A stretch of DNA of 63,529 nt, filler included, from Rhizaria sp. SCN 62-66 (taxonomy: Eukaryota), in the NCBI GenBank assembly GCA_001724265.1. It is 3 parts of 3 records of this genome, joined end to end, with 100 filler letters (N's around TTAATTAATTAA, not from the genome) between each part and the next. Parts side by side here need not be neighbours in the genome. Positions count along the whole stretch, not along the records: positions 55,171 to 63,529 come from MEDY01000586.1; 2 more parts are not named here. One strand, 5' to 3'. Positions 59,539 to 63,529 of the stretch are shown in pieces. The notes under the pieces were generated by a model that saw only the letters and a program-made list of their open reading frames with translations, was not told the origin of the DNA and searched no databases. Position 1 is the stretch's first letter. Every line of letters begins with the position of its first letter. A program made the translations under genes and the position numbers.

Positions 59539-60113
59539 ATGTCGCGCGTGACCGCAGCCTCCAAGCTGCAGCCTTATACCGCGCCTTCGTGGCATCCCGT
59601 CCGCGCGTCCAGCCCGTCTGGAGCCTCCCGTGACTGCCACCACAAACAGCTTTTGCGAGCTGAAAACGCACAGCAGGTCAAGGCTGATCTGGAGCAAAAC
59701 GCGAGTGAGAGCGCGTGTGTGAGTGTAATGCACCGCGGACAGATCATCCTGGCGCCCAGCGCTGTGGCCAGCATCGCCGCACTAATTTCCGACGCCCTGG
59801 TACGTCCATCACCCGGTATATCCGTCCTGCAATCGACTTGGATCCATCATCATGACTCCTCACTCCTTCCCTTCTGTGTGTTTCGCTGTGCAAGGAGACG
59901 CGCGAGGAGCCGGGCGCGCTGGCGACGGCGGGGCCCAAATTCTCTGCCGCCGCCGCCTCGGCCGCCGCGGACGCGACGGGCGCCGACGTCGTGGTGTTCC
60001 TGAGCGAGGAGGAGGCGGAGGCTGTGCTCGACGAAATGCCACCGCCGACGGGGAACTGGAAATAGATCAGGGAGAGCCTCACAGCTTTCTTGGCCAAGAT
60101 TAGGCAAACTTAA
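59539..60113 (+). CDS. Small hypothetical protein; exons ~59539-59799, 59895-60113; in-frame TAG at 60063-60065; start uncertain
   Basis: GTACGT..AAG phase-0 intron; exon 2 reads ETREEPG..VVVFLSEEEAEAVLDEMPPPTGNWK*IRESLTAFLAKIRQT-TAA. Confidence 0.55.
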
Positions 60114-60551
60114 AATACACCAGCTTCATTATTACACCTCATATCCAAGTCTCAGCGCCAACTGACGCCGTCTTGATCTCCACCTATCTTCCCGAAGTCG
60201 GCTGTTCACGAACTGCCTCGCGCCGTCTATCGCTGGATCGGACTCGAGTGGTGAGTCAGAGATGGCTGCCGAAATAGCGATTGAGCGCGCTTCCCTGCTT
60301 TGCTGTGCAGATTCTGCCGGTATTTCTTGGTTTTTACTCACGTATTTTATCTTTTATCTTTTGTACATTTTCTCCGTCGATTGTTCCACGCGTCTACGGG
60401 CTCCGTCCTGACTGCACTACAAACAGAGCACAGTCGTCACCGCCCCACACCCCGCCTTCGTCTGTCGCCAGTCGCTCTCGCTACTGCTGCTGTCGTCGCT
60501 CTCTCTCCTTTCTCGTCGCCAACCGCACTCTTCTCTTGCTTGCGCGCGCAC

Positions 60552-63529
60552 ATGGACCCCTCTGTCTACACCCTCGCCGGTACGTTGTATCATCCTATCT
60601 CTCTCGCTCTTCCATGACACCACCACCAATGGGACGCTCTCTTTCCTGTCGCAACTGCACATCACAACACAACAGCACCCGGAGCTCACCTCGGCATAAC
60701 CATCTCTTTTTTTTTCTCTCTCTCTCTTTCTGTCGTTGCTGCACGGCTCAGGTCCCGCGCTGGAGGCGTGGGCGGAGCAGACGCTGCGCCTGCACCGCGA
60801 CACGCAGCTCGTGTACGACTACCTCTTCTCGCGCTTCGACCCCACGCGCGCGCGCGCCGTGCCCATGAAGGCGCTTGCCGCGCTCTTCGTCTCGTCGAAG
60901 CTCTCGCGTGAGGACCTGCGCGCGATCATGTCGCTGGCGCTGCCGTCGGGCACGCAGACGGTCACGCGCGCGTCCTTCTACTGCTACCTGCAGCTCATCG
61001 CCGCCGCGCAGGCCGGACACGATCTCTCGCGGCCCTGGCCGCTGCCGGCCTCGCTCCCGCTGCCGCGCCTTGCCGACGCCGACTTTGCCGCCCTCAAGCG
61101 CGACACTGAGGCCATGGTCCAGCAGCAGTTCCGCGCTCAGCAGCAGCAACAGCAGCAGTCGCTAGTCGGCTCGCCGTCGTCGTCGGCGATGGCCGCGCTG
61201 GCCGCCGCGGCCGCCTCGCCCACGGCGGCGGCTAGCGGCCCGTTTGCGGCCGCGCTGGCCGCCGACGAAGCCGGCCGCTGCGCCAAGGGCTTCCAGGCCG
61301 CCGACACGGACCGCGATGGCTTCGTGGCGGGCACCGAGCTGGCCTACCTCGCGCGCTCGGGGCTGCCCGCGGAGCAGGTCGCCGCCGCCGTGCGCGCCGC
61401 CGACGCCGACGGGGACGGCAGGCTTAGCCGCCAGGAGTTCTACGTCGCTCTCGCCCTCTGCCTCCGCGCGCTCGCCTCCAAGCAGCCCCCGCCCGCGGCG
61501 CCCGCGGCCGTCTCCGCCGCGCTCGTGGCCACGGCCGCCGCCGCCGCCGCCGCCGCGGCCCCCGCCCCGACCCCGGCCCCCGCCGTGCCCGCCACGGCCA
61601 GCATCCCGCCGTCCGCGTCGCCGGCCCCGTCGGACACGTTCCCCGCCACGGACTCCTTCACCATGCCCGCGCCCGGCAGCGCGCCCGCGGCAGTCACGGT
61701 GGACCCCTTCGCGCCCACGCCGCGCGCGCGCGCCGCCACCGTCTTCCCCGTCCTCTCCCCGCCCTCGACCGCGACCAACGCTACAGCAGCCGGGGCGGGC
61801 AGTGCGAGTCTGCTGCCGCCGACGGGCGAGGCCGGGGGCCGCCGCCGCCGTGCCACCGCCTTCGCGGGCGCGGCCCCGGGGCTGCCCGCCGCGCCCGGCG
61901 CCGCCACCGTCGCCGTCGCCGGCAGCGCCAGCAGTAGCAACGCCGCGCCTGACCTGCTCGCGATGCTCGGTGGCAGTAGCGACACCGCCACCGCGACTGC
62001 GGCTGCGGCGAGCTCGAAGCCTGCGAAGCCGTCGCCGGCCGCCGCAACGCCGACGGTGAGCGCAGACGCCTTCTTCGCCTCGCTGTCGGGCTCCGCCGCG
62101 CCCTCCCGCGGCCCCTCGCCCAGCCATTCGGCGCAGCAGCAGTCGGCCTCGGCGCGCGGCTCCCCTGCCCTGGCCCCTGCCGCCGCTGGCGCCGGCGCTG
62201 CGTCGAACAGCGCGGGTTTCGACGCGATGGACCTGTTCACCGCGCCGGTCGCCGCCGCCGCCAAGCATAGCCGAAGCAACAGCAAGGTCGACGACTCCTT
62301 CGCCGCCGCCTTCGACAACAACAACAGCACGGCGAATGCCAACGCTTCTACCAGTGGCGACGCCTGGAGCCTCACGCTCTCGCCTGCCAACGCCGCCGCG
62401 GACGGCCGGGGCCGCGCCGCCTCGGTGTCAACCTCGCGCCGGCCCGCGCCCTCGCCCCCAGGCTCGGCCACCGCCGCCGTCGGGGCCGCCGTCACGCGCG
62501 ACGGGCGCTCAGGCAGCACGGCCAGTCCCAGTCCGTCCCATAGTAAGGCCCCGGGGGCGGGCGGCATGGACGACTCCTTCTTCGGGTCAGATCCCTTCAC
62601 CAACAACAACGCCGCCAGCGCCGCCAACACGCCCTCGCAGCGCCGCGGCAGCGCCGCCAGCGCCGCCTTCGAGCTCACGCCCACCAACGGCAACGGCGTC
62701 AACGGCAACGCTGCGGACGCGGCGGCCGTGGACCGCGAGCTACAGCTGCTGGGGCTGCCCACACTGGCCTCACGCTCCCGCCGCAACTCGGCCGCGCACA
62801 GCGGCGGCGCCGGCGGCTCGAGAGCGGCCGCCGCGGCGCCCGTGTCGCTGCTGGCGCCGTCGCCGATGGCGGCCGCCGTTATCGCTAACGTCGAGGCCGA
62901 CACGGCGCAGGTCCTCGAGGCGGCGGCGCGCGCGGCGGCGCTGCGGGATCCTGCCGAGGCGCAGGCGGCCGCGGACGAGGCCGCGCTCGACGCCGCGCAC
63001 GCCGCGCTGGCGGCCGCGCAGGCGCGCGAGCAGGCCGAGGAGGACGCTTGCTTCCGCGCCGAGGCCCGCGCGACGGCGGCGCGCGAACGGCGTGAGCAGC
63101 AGCAGCAGCTCACGGTCGAGGCCGAGGCGCTGAGCGAGGCTGCGGCCGCCAAACGCGCCGCCGCCGAGGCCGAGGCCGAGGCTGCCGAGGCTGAGGCCGC
63201 CGCGGCTGAGGCTGAGGCCGCCGCGGCTGAGGCCCGGCTGGCTGAGCTGGAGGCCGCCGCGGCGACGGCGACGGCGCGCCTGGCCGAGCTCGAGGCCGCC
63301 GCCGCCGCGCGTGCCGCCGCCGAGGACAAGCGCGCCGCGGCGCTGGCGCGGCTGGAGCGCGCGACTGCACTGGCCGCAACTGCTGAGGCCGAGGCCGCCG
63401 CCGAGCGCGCCGCGGCCGCCGACAGCGAGGCCGCGGCCGCTGAGGCCGAGACCGCCGCGGCGCGGTGGCAGGAGACGCTCTCGGCAGCGCAGCGCCAGCG
63501 CGGCGAGGCCGAGGCGGCCCGCGACGGAG
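60552..63529 (+). CDS. Eps15-like EH-domain endocytic protein (3' incomplete); exons 60552-60579, 60752 to window end
   Basis: YDYLFSRFD..LFVSSKLSREDLRAIMSLA and FQAADTDRDGFVAG..LARSGLP..ADADGDGRLSRQEFYVAL (EH/EF-hand), DPF motifs (VDPF, SDPF), coiled coil; missing from the ORF track because it has no stop in the window. Confidence 0.85.

Overview
Eukaryotic (protist-like) nuclear DNA with GC-rich, Ala-rich, intron-poor genes and short AT-rich spacers, plus two 100-nt assembly gaps that each carry an artificial TTAATTAATTAA linker. About 22 protein genes or fragments are visible: TBP, ADA2, an ankyrin protein, TMEM33/Pom33-like, phosphatidylserine synthase, a CAP-domain protein, bacterial-type PPK2, HGH1, ZNF511-like, TRM112, a SKI/SNO/DAC-like protein, CDC50, Eps15-like and several unknowns. 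An ~11 kb gene-free island holds 8 tRNA genes. The main finding is a probable variant nuclear genetic code in which UAG is a sense codon while UAA and UGA remain stops. Five genes have an in-frame TAG in an otherwise continuous frame, one at the conserved Glu of the ADA2 motif DFET-x-YENEAE. All 17 other gene ends I could resolve use TAA (12) or TGA (5), never TAG. Glu fits the one conserved site best; Gln is the main alternative. Other highlights are an intron-containing PPK2 with a Lys/acidic extension, a SKI/DAC-like domain in a non-animal, a TBP with a ~139-aa insert, a recurring upstream motif TGACCGTGAGCA, and near-invariant GTACGT splice donors. All homology calls come from recognising motifs by eye; no database searches were run.
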